From Myxococcales bacterium (lineage in GTDB: Bacteria; Myxococcota_A; Polyangia; Fen-1088): a stretch of 64,000 nt of DNA. A program made the translations under genes and the position numbers. The notes beneath the pieces were generated by a model. That model worked only from the letters and a program-made list of their open reading frames with translations, was not told where the DNA came from and made no database searches. Numbering within the stretch: the stretch's first letter is position 1; each line of letters starts with the position of its first letter. Shown here one piece after another: positions 49,159 through 58,740 of the stretch. The stretch covers positions 6,704-70,703 of the forward strand of contig JANPFD010000022.1 in assembly GCA_031423255.1 (NCBI GenBank), written 5' to 3'.

Positions 49159-50454
49159 TTAGACCAGCCCCGCCAGCCGGCCGGTGCTGTCGCCGAACGT
49201 ATCCACCGGCACACCGATCCGGTCCAGCAGGGAGACGTACAGGTTGTTCAGCGGGAGCTTCTCGTACCTGAGATGGCGGCCCGGCTTGACGGTGCCGCCG
49301 CCGCGCCCGGCCAGGACCACGGGCAGGTCGTCGTGGTTGTGGCGGTCGCCGTCGCCGATGCCGCTGCCGTAGACGATCATCGAGTTGTCCAGCAGCGTGC
49401 CGTCCCCCTCGCCGATCGACTTCAACTTCTCCAGCAGGTAGGCCAGTTGCGTGGCGTGGAAGCGGTTGATGCGCGAGATCTTCTGCAGCTTCTCGGGGTT
49501 GCGGCCGTGGTGGGACAGCTCGTGGTGCCCCTCGGGGATCTCCAGGTGCGGGTAGCTCTTGTTGCTGCCGGCGTTCGCTACCAGGAAGGTGGCGATGCGG
49601 GTGATGTCGCTCTGGAACGCCACCACCAGCAGATCGCACATCAGGCGGATGTGTTCCTGGTTGTCGCTCGGGATCTCCTCCGGCCGCCCGAAGGCAGGCG
49701 CGTCGACGGGCGGCATCTGCCCGAAGCGCGCGATTCGCTGCTCGATCTCGCGCACCGCCGTCAGGTACTCGTCCATCTTGCGGTTGTCGGTCTTGCCCAG
49801 CCGAGGCTTGAGGGACTCGAGATCCCGGGCCACGAAGTCGAGGATGCTGCGCTTCTGGCGATCGCGCTTGGGGTCCACACCCATGCCGAACAGGCGGTCG
49901 AACACCAGCGACGGGTCCACCTCCTTCGCCAGCGGCATCGTGTCTGACTTCCATGCCAGGTTCGACGAGTAGGCGCAGGAGTAGCCCGAGTCGCAGTTCC
50001 CGGACTGCGCGCCGCGATCGACGCCCAGCTCCAGAGACGGCAGGCGCGTCAGATGGCCCAGCTTCTGCGCCGCCACCTGGTCCGCCGAGATCCCGTTCTT
50101 GATGTTCGCGCCGTTGGTCTTGTGGGGGTGCGCGCCGGTCAGGAACGCGCCCAGAGCCCGCGCGTGGTCGCCCGGTCCGTCGCCGAGCGCGAAGGCATTC
50201 CGTTGCTCGAGGCCCGTGAGGACGGTGATCTCGTCCCGGACACTGCGCAGCGGCTCCAGGATCGACGGCAACGTGAAGTCCGTCCCCGCCTTGCTGGGCG
50301 TCCAGTCCGGCATGTGCACGCCATTCGGGACGTAGAGGACGGCGAAACGCAGCGGCGCCCTGGGACGCTTCGGCGCTGCCATCGCCTCGAGCCACGGCAA
50401 CGAGACCCCGATTCCCACCCCACGCAGCAATGTCCGTCGGGATAGCGACTTCAT
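49159..50454 (-). CDS. DUF1552 family Tat-signal protein - module C partner
   Basis: MKSLSRRTLLRGVGIGVSLPWL. FQSDITRIATFL. HDDLPVVLAGRGGG. ATG 50454 overlaps the upstream stop. The N-terminal 171 codons of the track ORF are rejected. Confidence 0.85.
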   Translation of the reverse strand: MKSLSRRTLLRGVGIGVSLPWLEAMAAPKRPRAPLRFAVLYVPNGVHMPDWTPSKAGTDFTLPSILEPLRSVRDEITVLTGLEQRNAFALGDGPGDHARALGAFLTGAHPHKTNGANIKNGISADQVAAQKLGHLTRLPSLELGVDRGAQSGNCDSGYSCAYSSNLAWKSDTMPLAKEVDPSLVFDRLFGMGVDPKRDRQKRSILDFVARDLESLKPRLGKTDNRKMDEYLTAVREIEQRIARFGQMPPVDAPAFGRPEEIPSDNQEHIRLMCDLLVVAFQSDITRIATFLVANAGSNKSYPHLEIPEGHHELSHHGRNPEKLQKISRINRFHATQLAYLLEKLKSIGEGDGTLLDNSMIVYGSGIGDGDRHNHDDLPVVLAGRGGGTVKPGRHLRYEKLPLNNLYVSLLDRIGVPVDTFGDSTGRLAGLV

Positions 50455-52709
50455 GGTGTGACCTCTCCGCGCCTCTTCAAGAATGGATCGCTGGTGACGA
50501 TCGCCAGCACCAGGCTGGAGAAGCTGTCCCCAGCCTCGAGCGTGCGATCCGCGATGTCGTCGATGGCCGCCCGGTCGAACGGCTCGGTGCCGCGGCCCGT
50601 GGCGTAGGTCAGCATCTTCTGCGCGAACGAGCGCCGGAACGCCGCCTCCTTGGTCTTCAGGACCGCCTTCAGCTCGGTCGGGCCGCGGAACGACTGGCCG
50701 TTTGGCAGCACCCCCGACGAATCGACCGGTGTGCCGCTCTCGTCCTCTTCCGTGCGCCACCCGCCGACGGCGTCGAAGTTCTCGAGACCGAAGCCGAGGG
50801 GATCCATCTTGCGGTGGCAGACGGCGCAGTTCGGGTCGGCGCGGTGCTGCTCCAGTTGCTGGCGCATCGTTCCCGCCAGCTGCTTCTTCTTCGTGTCCTC
50901 GATCAGGTCCGGGACGCCGGGTGGCGGTGGCGGTGGTGGCGTCCCGAACAGTTGCTCCAGCACCCACTTGCCCCGTTTCACCGGCGACGTCCGCGTCGGG
51001 TTCGACGTCACCGTCAGCACGCTGGCCTGGGTCAGCACGCCGCCGCGGGGCGTTCCCGCCGTGGAGACGCGACGGAACTCCGATCCCTCGACACCGTCGA
51101 TGCCGTAGTGGCGCGCCAGGCGCTCGTTCAGATAGGTGAAGTCCGCCTCGAGGAACGTGCCGAGGGGCAAGTCCTCGCGCATCACCGCTTCAAAGAAGAG
51201 CTCGGTCTCCTTCATCATCGACGCTCGCAGGTTGTCGTCGAACCCGGGGAAGCGCCGCCGCGACGGCCTGATGCTCGACAGGTTCCGGACCTGCAGCCAC
51301 TGGGTGGCAAAGTTCTCGACCAGGGCGTGGGCCTTCCGGTCCTGCAGCATCCGCTTGACCTGCGCACCCAGCACCTCGGGCTGGTGCAGGCTGCCGTCGG
51401 CGGCCTGCCGGAAAAGTTCGTCGTCCGGCATTCCGCTCCACAGGAAATACGACAGCCGTGAAGCCAGCTCCCAGTCGTTGATCGGGTGCGCTTCGCCGGC
51501 CGGATCGCCCGGATCCAGCTCGACCCGGAAGACGAAGTGCGGCGAGACGAGGATGGCCCGCAGCGCCACCTGCATCCCGCGCTCGAAGGTGTCGCCCTCC
51601 TCGACCGCCTGCTCGACGAACGTCACCAGCCGGTCCAGTTCCGGGCGGGCGACGGGACGCCGGTAGGCGCGCGTCGCCAGGGTCGCCAGGAATTCCCGCG
51701 CGTCGTCGCGGTAAGTCTCGGCGCCGGGGTGTCGAGGGATGATCCGGGTGTGACTGTCGGGCAGCGCGCGCGCCTTCACCCTCAGTGGCCCCTCGATGCG
51801 CAAAAAATCGATCGAAACCTGGCGCTTGGGCGCCGGATTCGCGAACGCCAGCTCGATCCGGTGCCGCCCCCCGTCGACGGCGAACTTGGTCGTGTACACC
51901 GACGAGCCGCGCACCTCGATGGTCTTTTTCTCCTGGCCATCCACCTTCAGGACAAGCCGCGCCCCGCGCCCCGCGGCCTTCACCTTGAACATGTACTCGG
52001 CCTGGGTCGGGAACTCGTGATGCGCGCGCACCGAGCCGGCGGCACTCATCACCAGCTTGCCGTTCTTGATCGCGCTGCCGGCGGGGGTTGGCGCCAGCTT
52101 CTCCACCTCGATCGTGTCGCCCCGGAACTTCGGGTCGATATCGGCGACGATCACCTTCTCGGCGATCCGGTCGGCGGCCGCGAGATAGCGCTCGACGAGC
52201 AGCGGCGGCATCGATAGCACGTCGCCGATGTTGTCGAAGCCGTAGCCGACGTCGTCGGAGGGAAACTGGTTCGCGGGCTTGAGGTCGACGCCCAGCAGAT
52301 CGCGGATGGTGTTGTTGTACTCGGCGCGGTTCAGCCGCCGGATGGTCACCCGACCCGGGTCGCGCTTGCCGTCCGCCGCGGCGCGGCTCTGCGCCCAGTC
52401 GATCCAGGCCATCAGGCTTTGGACCTCGGCCGCGGTCGGTTGCGGCTTCTCCTCGGGCGGCATCTCGCGTGCCTCCAGCCGCTCGGCCACGGTCTGCCAG
52501 ACGTGGATGTTCTTGAGCAACGCCGTCTCGTCCGCCCCGCGGAACGCCTCGAAGCTCAGGTCCCCTTTCTTTTGGTCACCCCCGTGGCAGGACCCGCAGT
52601 ACTTGTCGAGCAGGGGGACCATCTCGCGACCGAAGTCGGCCGCCTGGGCACTGCCACCGGCGAGCACCACAGACGCTACGCGGCACAAAGAAGCAGCCAG
52701 GCGAATCAC
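50451..52709 (-). CDS. DUF1592/DUF1588/DUF1587/DUF1585-family protein with N-terminal CxxCH (PSCyt-like) - module C
   Basis: Signal peptide. CGSCHGG at the N-terminus. RRLNRAEYNNTIRDLLG, AYRRPVARPELDRL. C-terminal CAVCHRKMDPLGFGLENFD. Confidence 0.85.
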   Translation of the reverse strand: MIRLAASLCRVASVVLAGGSAQAADFGREMVPLLDKYCGSCHGGDQKKGDLSFEAFRGADETALLKNIHVWQTVAERLEAREMPPEEKPQPTAAEVQSLMAWIDWAQSRAAADGKRDPGRVTIRRLNRAEYNNTIRDLLGVDLKPANQFPSDDVGYGFDNIGDVLSMPPLLVERYLAAADRIAEKVIVADIDPKFRGDTIEVEKLAPTPAGSAIKNGKLVMSAAGSVRAHHEFPTQAEYMFKVKAAGRGARLVLKVDGQEKKTIEVRGSSVYTTKFAVDGGRHRIELAFANPAPKRQVSIDFLRIEGPLRVKARALPDSHTRIIPRHPGAETYRDDAREFLATLATRAYRRPVARPELDRLVTFVEQAVEEGDTFERGMQVALRAILVSPHFVFRVELDPGDPAGEAHPINDWELASRLSYFLWSGMPDDELFRQAADGSLHQPEVLGAQVKRMLQDRKAHALVENFATQWLQVRNLSSIRPSRRRFPGFDDNLRASMMKETELFFEAVMREDLPLGTFLEADFTYLNERLARHYGIDGVEGSEFRRVSTAGTPRGGVLTQASVLTVTSNPTRTSPVKRGKWVLEQLFGTPPPPPPPGVPDLIEDTKKKQLAGTMRQQLEQHRADPNCAVCHRKMDPLGFGLENFDAVGGWRTEEDESGTPVDSSGVLPNGQSFRGPTELKAVLKTKEAAFRRSFAQKMLTYATGRGTEPFDRAAIDDIADRTLEAGDSFSSLVLAIVTSDPFLKRRGEVTP

Positions 52710-52752
52710 GCAATCTTACTACCGGCCCGGGCGATCCGCCGCTGAACCTCTT

Positions 52753-54036
52753 CTAAAGAGGCCGCTCGACCAGCCGGTACAGCCCTGGCGGGGCGTCCAG
52801 AATGACAATCGTCGTGACCTGGACGGCGAAAGCCGATATCCCATCCTTGACGACCTCGTACGGTTGTCCCTCCTCCCTCGTCGCTTCGACGGCGTAACGC
52901 TTGCCCGGGACCAGGACCGTTCGCAGCGTGAGCGTACCGTCCGTATACGTGAAGCTCGATCCCCACGGCTGGGCCAGAGGTTCGCCGATGAACAACCCTT
53001 CACCGGGCCAGAGCACCGTCTTCCAGTACGCTTCGACGATGGTCGCTCCGCGCAAATAGTGCGACAGCAGCACGCCGGCGTTGGGAAACTTCGTCGGGAA
53101 AGCACAAGGCTCCACGACCGTTCCGTAGCTGGCCGTGACGCCCGCCTCCAGCCAGCGCACCGCGCTCATCTGAGAGCTACTCGGCACGCGTCCACCGAAA
53201 GAGGTCATGTGATCCGCGACGGCACCCGGCAGATAGCTGTTCGTGCCGATGGCGTCGACGCTGGCCAGTGAGGTGAAATAGAAGAGCACGTCCGTCTTGT
53301 CACGAACATGGTTGGCTCCGTTTCCCATGGAGTTGTCGATGTAGTCCAGACTGAGCGACATCTGGCCGTTCCACGTCGTGACGGTCTGCTTGAACTCCGG
53401 CCACCGGGCGCTGCGGGCTGCATCGTTGGTCCTGATGAAGTACCCGTTCCCTCCCGGATAGGTCGCATCGGCCGCGACCCCCTTGTCGACGAGGCGCCGG
53501 GCGTCGTCGACGGACGCGGCCGCCAGCATCATCGCAGGGCGAATCCCGAGGTCGTCATGCGGACGCGTCGAGCTCGAGTCGTAGTAGGCCACCGGGGCCG
53601 TCGCGCTGCAGGTCCCTGTGCCTACCTTGCAATATTTGGCGTCGAAGCCCAGCGCCACCGCGGAGGTCATGGACATGCAATCGACCCGGTAGGGAGTGGT
53701 CCAGGTGATCGCATAGGCCTGAACCTCGGGCGGAGTGGCCGCGTCGATCTGGGCCTTGAGGGGAGCGAAACCATCTCGCGCAAGTACGGCGCCCGAAGGG
53801 TCGAACGCCAGGCGGATCACATTCTGTGGAGGAATTCTTCGCTTCTCCTGGTAGTACGCCGCCACCGCCACGGATTGCGGGTCGTTCGTGTTGACGAGGA
53901 TCGCAAGCTCTGCCGAGGTCACCGCCTGGCGTGGGAAGAGCACCCGCACCGACCCCGCAGCGCCATCGCTTTCGCTTTCGCGCACGCATCCCCCGAGGAG
54001 GAGGAGAACCATGATGGGCGTTCGCAAGCCGGTCAC
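52753..54036 (-). CDS. Hypothetical secreted lipoprotein
   Basis: MVLLLLGGC lipobox. 427 aa, no assignable catalytic motifs. Confidence 0.5.
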   Translation of the reverse strand: MTGLRTPIMVLLLLGGCVRESESDGAAGSVRVLFPRQAVTSAELAILVNTNDPQSVAVAAYYQEKRRIPPQNVIRLAFDPSGAVLARDGFAPLKAQIDAATPPEVQAYAITWTTPYRVDCMSMTSAVALGFDAKYCKVGTGTCSATAPVAYYDSSSTRPHDDLGIRPAMMLAAASVDDARRLVDKGVAADATYPGGNGYFIRTNDAARSARWPEFKQTVTTWNGQMSLSLDYIDNSMGNGANHVRDKTDVLFYFTSLASVDAIGTNSYLPGAVADHMTSFGGRVPSSSQMSAVRWLEAGVTASYGTVVEPCAFPTKFPNAGVLLSHYLRGATIVEAYWKTVLWPGEGLFIGEPLAQPWGSSFTYTDGTLTLRTVLVPGKRYAVEATREEGQPYEVVKDGISAFAVQVTTIVILDAPPGLYRLVERPL

Positions 54037-54039
54037 CTG

Positions 54040-56796
54040 CTACTCCCGGATGAGCTCCACAGGTCCTATCAGGCCAGCGGGCGGCGGGTCTTTGGTGACT
54101 TTCTTCTCCTGCGGGTCGGGAAACCGATTTCCGTAGGCAGCGCGGAGAGGACGGAGGTCCTCGTCGGGCAGGCCGAGGAGACGATTGAGCATCAGGTTGC
54201 CCACGGTCACTTTCACCGTGTTTTTGCCCTGTTTCAGCAGCGGACCTATCTCCACGTCGTAAGGAGGCAGCCAGACTCCGCCGGCCAGCTTGTCGTTCAC
54301 CCAGACCTCGCCCGCTTCCCGCACCTCGTGGAAACGAAGCTTGATAGACCCTCCCGCCGGCTCGTCCCAGGCGAAGGTCGTCTCGTAGGTCGCCTGGCCC
54401 GAGAAGGCTTTCCCGCCGGGCCATTGAATCCAGGACACCAGGTCGCCCGTCAGCACGGGGCGCGGCGCATCGGGGCCACTGAAGGTGACCTTCCACTCCG
54501 CGCCGTCCCATTTGCGGACCGATTCGCGGGACGACACGTCGGTTGCATCGAGGCGAACAAGTCTCGACCGAGATTCTGCTGTCGCACGTCGAGGGTAGAG
54601 CAAGAACGTGGAGCCGCGCGCGGCCAGATGGACTGGCAAGGGCCTGGCCGTCCCCCCGGGAGCAAGCCTCACACGGTGTTCGCCCGTTGCGGGATCGAGC
54701 TGGAGCACCGGCGTCTTCTGATGACCGAAGGTGAAATCGGCGGGGACGTCGGCGGTGTTGGCGACGAAGACGATGTCGTAGTCGGAGGTCCTTCGTTGCA
54801 CCGAGGCAACGCTCGGCTCCGATCTCAGCGGCGCAATGTGCGCGTTGCGGGCCCCCTCGGTGAAAACTGCGGAGGACGTGACGTCCGTTGCTGCGCCAAC
54901 GAAGGCGGTCTTCCCGCGTCCGACGTATGAGCCGCCAAAGAGTTCCCGGGAAAGTTGCTTCAGCCGAAGATCACGCGCCCGGTTCCCCGAAGCGCCACCG
55001 AACGATCTGTCCGGCGTGCGGCCCGTGGCGATGAGCGTGCCGCCTTGCCTCACGAACTCCGCGAGCTTCTCCAGAGCCTCCAGTTCCATCCCCTCCACGT
55101 CCGGCAGGATGACGACGGAATAGGCCCCGTCGCCACAGATCAGCTTGCCGCCCTTGATACTCGCCTGCCGGATGAGCGTCCAGAAGTCGATTCCGTCGAA
55201 GTTGTAGCCCCGAGTCACCAGCGTGTGGATGAGATCGGAGCGGTGCTTGCGGGCATTGACCAGGCTGAACTCACCGGTCTTCTCGCCGGTCACGAAATGG
55301 TCGCGCAGGAGAAAGTCGAGGGGCATCTGGGCCACGGGGCCGCGCGCAAACGCCTGCTCGACCGGAAGGTAGAGCGCGATCTGCGCGATGGGCTTGCCCT
55401 GTCGAAGCAGCCACTGGCTCCGGTTGACGTACTGAACGAGATACTTGAAGAAGGGCCACTGCGGGTTGTTCTGGTTCATCACCGGGCCGAAGTAGGGCAG
55501 CCAGCCGGGCGGCGCGACGCTTGGCGGAGAGTATGAGAAACCCACTCCGGTCAGGTCGTTGATGCCTGCAAGGAAATGAAAGTCCGAGGCGAGTTTCAGG
55601 TCGCGCAGGCTATCGACGAGACGGTTCGGGATCCCGGTCCAGGTCCACGCCTCCGCCCCGATGACGCGCTTTGCGGCGAGGTGTCCGCCCGAGGATGCGT
55701 AACGCGAGAAGGAGAAGCCCATCCACTCGTACTGCTCTCCGGTCGGGACGTCGATGTGGCGGAACGAGGTGAGAGGGCTGGGTGGCGTGCCGTAGGCCTC
55801 CATTTCCAACTTCACGCCGTGCTTGCCGGACCACGCGCCGAGCGGCTTCGTGAAGCGTTCCTCGTTCAACTCGGCCAGGGTGCGCCAGAAGTCGAAACGG
55901 AGGTCGGGTGACGTCACGCCTTTGTCGTCGAACAGTTCGACAAGGCGAGAGACAAGGTCGTAACCACGGCGCTTCAGGAACACCTGAGGCAGGTCGTGGG
56001 TCCAATTCGCGTTGTAGACCTCAAGGCTGTCGCAGAAGATCGACTCCACCAGCCCCGGCGCGGCCCGGAGCAGTGGGCTCACGTTCGCCTCCAGCCATCG
56101 CTCGAGCGCGGGCGTGTTGTAGTGATCGAGCACGTAACCGTCCGCCCCGAGGGCTGCGCGCTTGACCTTCATATAGGTCGGGCCCGTCACGAAAAGCGTG
56201 AGTGGTTCGTTGCCATGTGGCCGTTCATCCCCGATGGCGGGCAGGTCGATCCGTCGCTGCTGACGCCACGCCGCCAGGATCCGCTCGCCCTCCTGAAGCG
56301 TCGGCATCGCATACGCGGTGCCATCGGCTGTGGGAGGCACCGCCACCCGGCGGATACGCTGGGCGGCGTCCTGCAATCTGACGGTCGGTCCGCCGAACGG
56401 CCACCCGGTCCCGCCTTCCACACTGAATCGCAGTCCCAATGACTTCGCCTTCTTCGCGGCATACGCGAAGTTGTCCAGGAATTCCCTCGATAGAAAAGCC
56501 TGGTTCTTGATTCCCCTCGCCGGATCGTCGATTGCGACGGGATAGAACGGTATGAGCGTCACGCCACCCACACCGGCCTGCCTCAGCAACGTCAGTTGAT
56601 GGTCGATGCCCTCATGGTTCCACGCCGGTCCGAATACGTGCCAGTACATGCGCATCCGCGCCTCGGGCGGCGGGTTCAGGAAGCCCTCGAGCAGGGGATC
56701 GGCCTTCTGCTGCGCGTGTGCGTTCGGCTGGGCGGCCTGGGTGGCCAGCCATGCGGTCAGGAGAAGACCCCGACGACCGGCGTTTGATGTTGTCAC
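54040..56796 (-). CDS. Large secreted glycoside-hydrolase-like protein with C-terminal galactose-binding-like (GH2 sugar-binding type) domain
   Basis: Signal peptide. N-terminal (beta/alpha)-barrel-like region (MRMYWHVFGP...GVGGVTLIPFYP). C-terminal ...LKQGKNTVKVTVGNLMLNRL... resembles GH2 N-terminal jelly-roll. Family assignment is tentative. Confidence 0.55.
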   Translation of the reverse strand: MTTSNAGRRGLLLTAWLATQAAQPNAHAQQKADPLLEGFLNPPPEARMRMYWHVFGPAWNHEGIDHQLTLLRQAGVGGVTLIPFYPVAIDDPARGIKNQAFLSREFLDNFAYAAKKAKSLGLRFSVEGGTGWPFGGPTVRLQDAAQRIRRVAVPPTADGTAYAMPTLQEGERILAAWRQQRRIDLPAIGDERPHGNEPLTLFVTGPTYMKVKRAALGADGYVLDHYNTPALERWLEANVSPLLRAAPGLVESIFCDSLEVYNANWTHDLPQVFLKRRGYDLVSRLVELFDDKGVTSPDLRFDFWRTLAELNEERFTKPLGAWSGKHGVKLEMEAYGTPPSPLTSFRHIDVPTGEQYEWMGFSFSRYASSGGHLAAKRVIGAEAWTWTGIPNRLVDSLRDLKLASDFHFLAGINDLTGVGFSYSPPSVAPPGWLPYFGPVMNQNNPQWPFFKYLVQYVNRSQWLLRQGKPIAQIALYLPVEQAFARGPVAQMPLDFLLRDHFVTGEKTGEFSLVNARKHRSDLIHTLVTRGYNFDGIDFWTLIRQASIKGGKLICGDGAYSVVILPDVEGMELEALEKLAEFVRQGGTLIATGRTPDRSFGGASGNRARDLRLKQLSRELFGGSYVGRGKTAFVGAATDVTSSAVFTEGARNAHIAPLRSEPSVASVQRRTSDYDIVFVANTADVPADFTFGHQKTPVLQLDPATGEHRVRLAPGGTARPLPVHLAARGSTFLLYPRRATAESRSRLVRLDATDVSSRESVRKWDGAEWKVTFSGPDAPRPVLTGDLVSWIQWPGGKAFSGQATYETTFAWDEPAGGSIKLRFHEVREAGEVWVNDKLAGGVWLPPYDVEIGPLLKQGKNTVKVTVGNLMLNRLLGLPDEDLRPLRAAYGNRFPDPQEKKVTKDPPPAGLIGPVELIRE

Positions 56797-56804
56797 GTGT
56801 AAAT
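56788..56804. promoter_or_regulatory. Related imperfect palindrome TGTTGTCACGTGTAAAT overlapping the start of the glycoside-hydrolase gene
   Basis: Shares the CACGTGTAAA core with the 58695 site. Overlaps the GTG start at 56796. Confidence 0.3.
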
Positions 56805-56818
56805 CCCCGGCGGCACAG

Positions 56819-57874
56819 TCACGGCCGCGGGCGGCGCCGAGGCCGCTCGACCGGGGCGCCGGTCGACTCGCGCTCCACCAGCTCGACGGGCAGGATCTGG
56901 TGCCGGGGACGGAAGGGGACCTGACTGGAGGCCTGCTCGAGCACGCGCAGCACCGCCTGCGCGCCCAGCTGGGCTTTCGGCTGGCGTACGGTCGTCAAGG
57001 AGGGGGACAGGAACGGCGCGAATGAATCGTCGTCGTAGCCCACCAGCAAGACGTCGCGCCCCACCTGAAGGCCGCGCTCGGCGAACGCCCGCATCGCGCC
57101 GAGCGCGTGCAGATCGTTGGTGCAGAAAAGTCCGCGCGGGGCAGGGTGAGTCTCGAGGTACGCAAGCACGGCGGCATGGCCGTAGGCCTCGGGACGGGCG
57201 TGCAGGGTGCGATCGCCAGGGATGAAGCACGGGCGCCGCTTGTGCCGTTGGATGGCGCGGATGTAGCCCGCGCGGCGGGCTGCTACCGCGCTGTGGTCCG
57301 GCGAGGCCGACGCCTCCAGCAGGGCGGCGTCTACGCCGCGCGCCAGCAGATGATCGGTGGCGGCTGAAGCTCCCGCTTCGTGGTCCGCGATGACGAAGGT
57401 GTCTCGCGTCGTGAAGTGGTGGTCGACGAAAACCACCGGTCGCCGATCGGACACCCGGCGCCATAGCGCGAGATTCAGCCGGGTCACCACCGGTGTGGCG
57501 ACCACGCCGACGACGTCCAGACTGATCAGGTGTCGCAACATCTGCGCCTCGAGTCCCGGGTCGTCCCCGGAGCAGCGGTAGACGAGATCGTGATCGTGAC
57601 GTAGGGCCTCGCGCTCGGCCGCCTCCACGATCTCGGCGTAGAAGGCATTCGTCAGCGACGAGACCAGGAGGCCGATGGTGCGGCTGCGGCCCGATACCAG
57701 CTTGCGTGCGTAAAGGTTGGGAACGTAGTCGAGCCGCTCGCACGCCGCCTCGATGCGCCGGCGCACCCCAGGCGAGCCCGCCGATGGATCGTTGAGCACC
57801 TTGGAAGCCGTGACACGCGACACGCGCGCGAGGCGCGCCACGTCGGACATGGTGACGCGGGCGGAGCGGATCAT
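56819..57874 (-). CDS. LacI-family transcriptional regulator
   Basis: HTH VTMSDVARLARVSRVTASKVLN and periplasmic-binding-protein-like sugar-binding core. Confidence 0.85.
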   Translation of the reverse strand: MIRSARVTMSDVARLARVSRVTASKVLNDPSAGSPGVRRRIEAACERLDYVPNLYARKLVSGRSRTIGLLVSSLTNAFYAEIVEAAEREALRHDHDLVYRCSGDDPGLEAQMLRHLISLDVVGVVATPVVTRLNLALWRRVSDRRPVVFVDHHFTTRDTFVIADHEAGASAATDHLLARGVDAALLEASASPDHSAVAARRAGYIRAIQRHKRRPCFIPGDRTLHARPEAYGHAAVLAYLETHPAPRGLFCTNDLHALGAMRAFAERGLQVGRDVLLVGYDDDSFAPFLSPSLTTVRQPKAQLGAQAVLRVLEQASSQVPFRPRHQILPVELVERESTGAPVERPRRRPRP

Positions 57875-57916
57875 GACCCGAGCATCTTACAAGAGCGCCT
57901 GTCGTCGCCCCCAGTT

Positions 57917-58693
57917 TCATCGGGCGCAGTAGCCTCCATCGACCAGCAGCGACGCTCCGGTGATATAGGACGCCTCGTCGGATGCCAGGAACAGGGCCGC
58001 AGCGGCGATTTCCTCCGGCTCGCCTATGCGACCGAGCAGGATCTTCGGGCATTCCTCGGCGAGGAAGGCGTCATGATCGATGCCGTTGTCGGCGATCACC
58101 TTGCGCAGCGCCGGCGTCCACACTGCGCCGGGGCACAAGCAATTGGCGCGGATCCGGTGGGGCGCGAGGTCCATCGCCATGTTGCGGGTCATCTGGACCA
58201 CCGCCGCCTTGGTCGCGCTGTACGTCGTGAGCCGGGGTTGCGCGACGAAGGCCGAGATGGAGCCCAGGTTGACGATGGCCCCCCCGCCTCGCCGCTTCAT
58301 CTGGCGAACCGCGTGCTTGCTGGTCAAGGCCGTGCCCGTCACGTTGACCACCAGCGAGCGATGCCAGTCGTCCGCCGTCGCTTCCAGATCCTTCATGACG
58401 AACACGGCGGCGCAGTTGACCAGCACATCGATGCCGCCATATCGTGCGGCCGCCGCGTTACAGGCGCGCTCCACCGAGGTCTCGTCGGCGACATCGATGC
58501 TGGCGAAGGACGCCTCGCCGCCGGCGGCAGCGATCGCATTGCACACGCGCTCGCCGTCTGCGTCGTTGCGGTCTGTCACCAGCACCCGCGCCCCTTCACG
58601 GGCGAATCGTCGGGCTATGGACTCGCCGATCCCTGAAGCCGCGCCGGTGACGAGAGCGATCTTGCCTTCGAGGCGTCGTGTGAGTTCTTGCAT
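57917..58693 (-). CDS. Short-chain dehydrogenase/reductase (SDR) family oxidoreductase
   Basis: TGAASGIG cofactor motif, NCAAV, catalytic YSATKAAV (YxxxK). Confidence 0.9.
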   Translation of the reverse strand: MQELTRRLEGKIALVTGAASGIGESIARRFAREGARVLVTDRNDADGERVCNAIAAAGGEASFASIDVADETSVERACNAAAARYGGIDVLVNCAAVFVMKDLEATADDWHRSLVVNVTGTALTSKHAVRQMKRRGGGAIVNLGSISAFVAQPRLTTYSATKAAVVQMTRNMAMDLAPHRIRANCLCPGAVWTPALRKVIADNGIDHDAFLAEECPKILLGRIGEPEEIAAAALFLASDEASYITGASLLVDGGYCAR

Positions 58694-58694
58694 C

Positions 58695-58710
58695 CCGGAA
58701 GGTACTTTAC
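58695..58710. promoter_or_regulatory. Perfect 16-bp palindrome CTTTACACGTGTAAAG in divergent SDR / DUF1592-module-D intergenic region; candidate LacI-family operator
   Basis: Read directly. Left half CTTTACAC is the exact reverse complement of GTGTAAAG. It sits 0-50 bp from both start codons, with the LacI gene adjacent. Confidence 0.4.
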
Positions 58711-58740
58711 ACGTGTAAAGCCACCGAGTATAGTGGCTCG

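Noticed and set aside
48835-50395. Several 370-483-aa ORFs on both strands
   Set aside because: They overlap the convergent DUF1552 genes of modules B and C. The chosen frames carry Tat signals and paralog-conserved motifs, and the alternatives do not.
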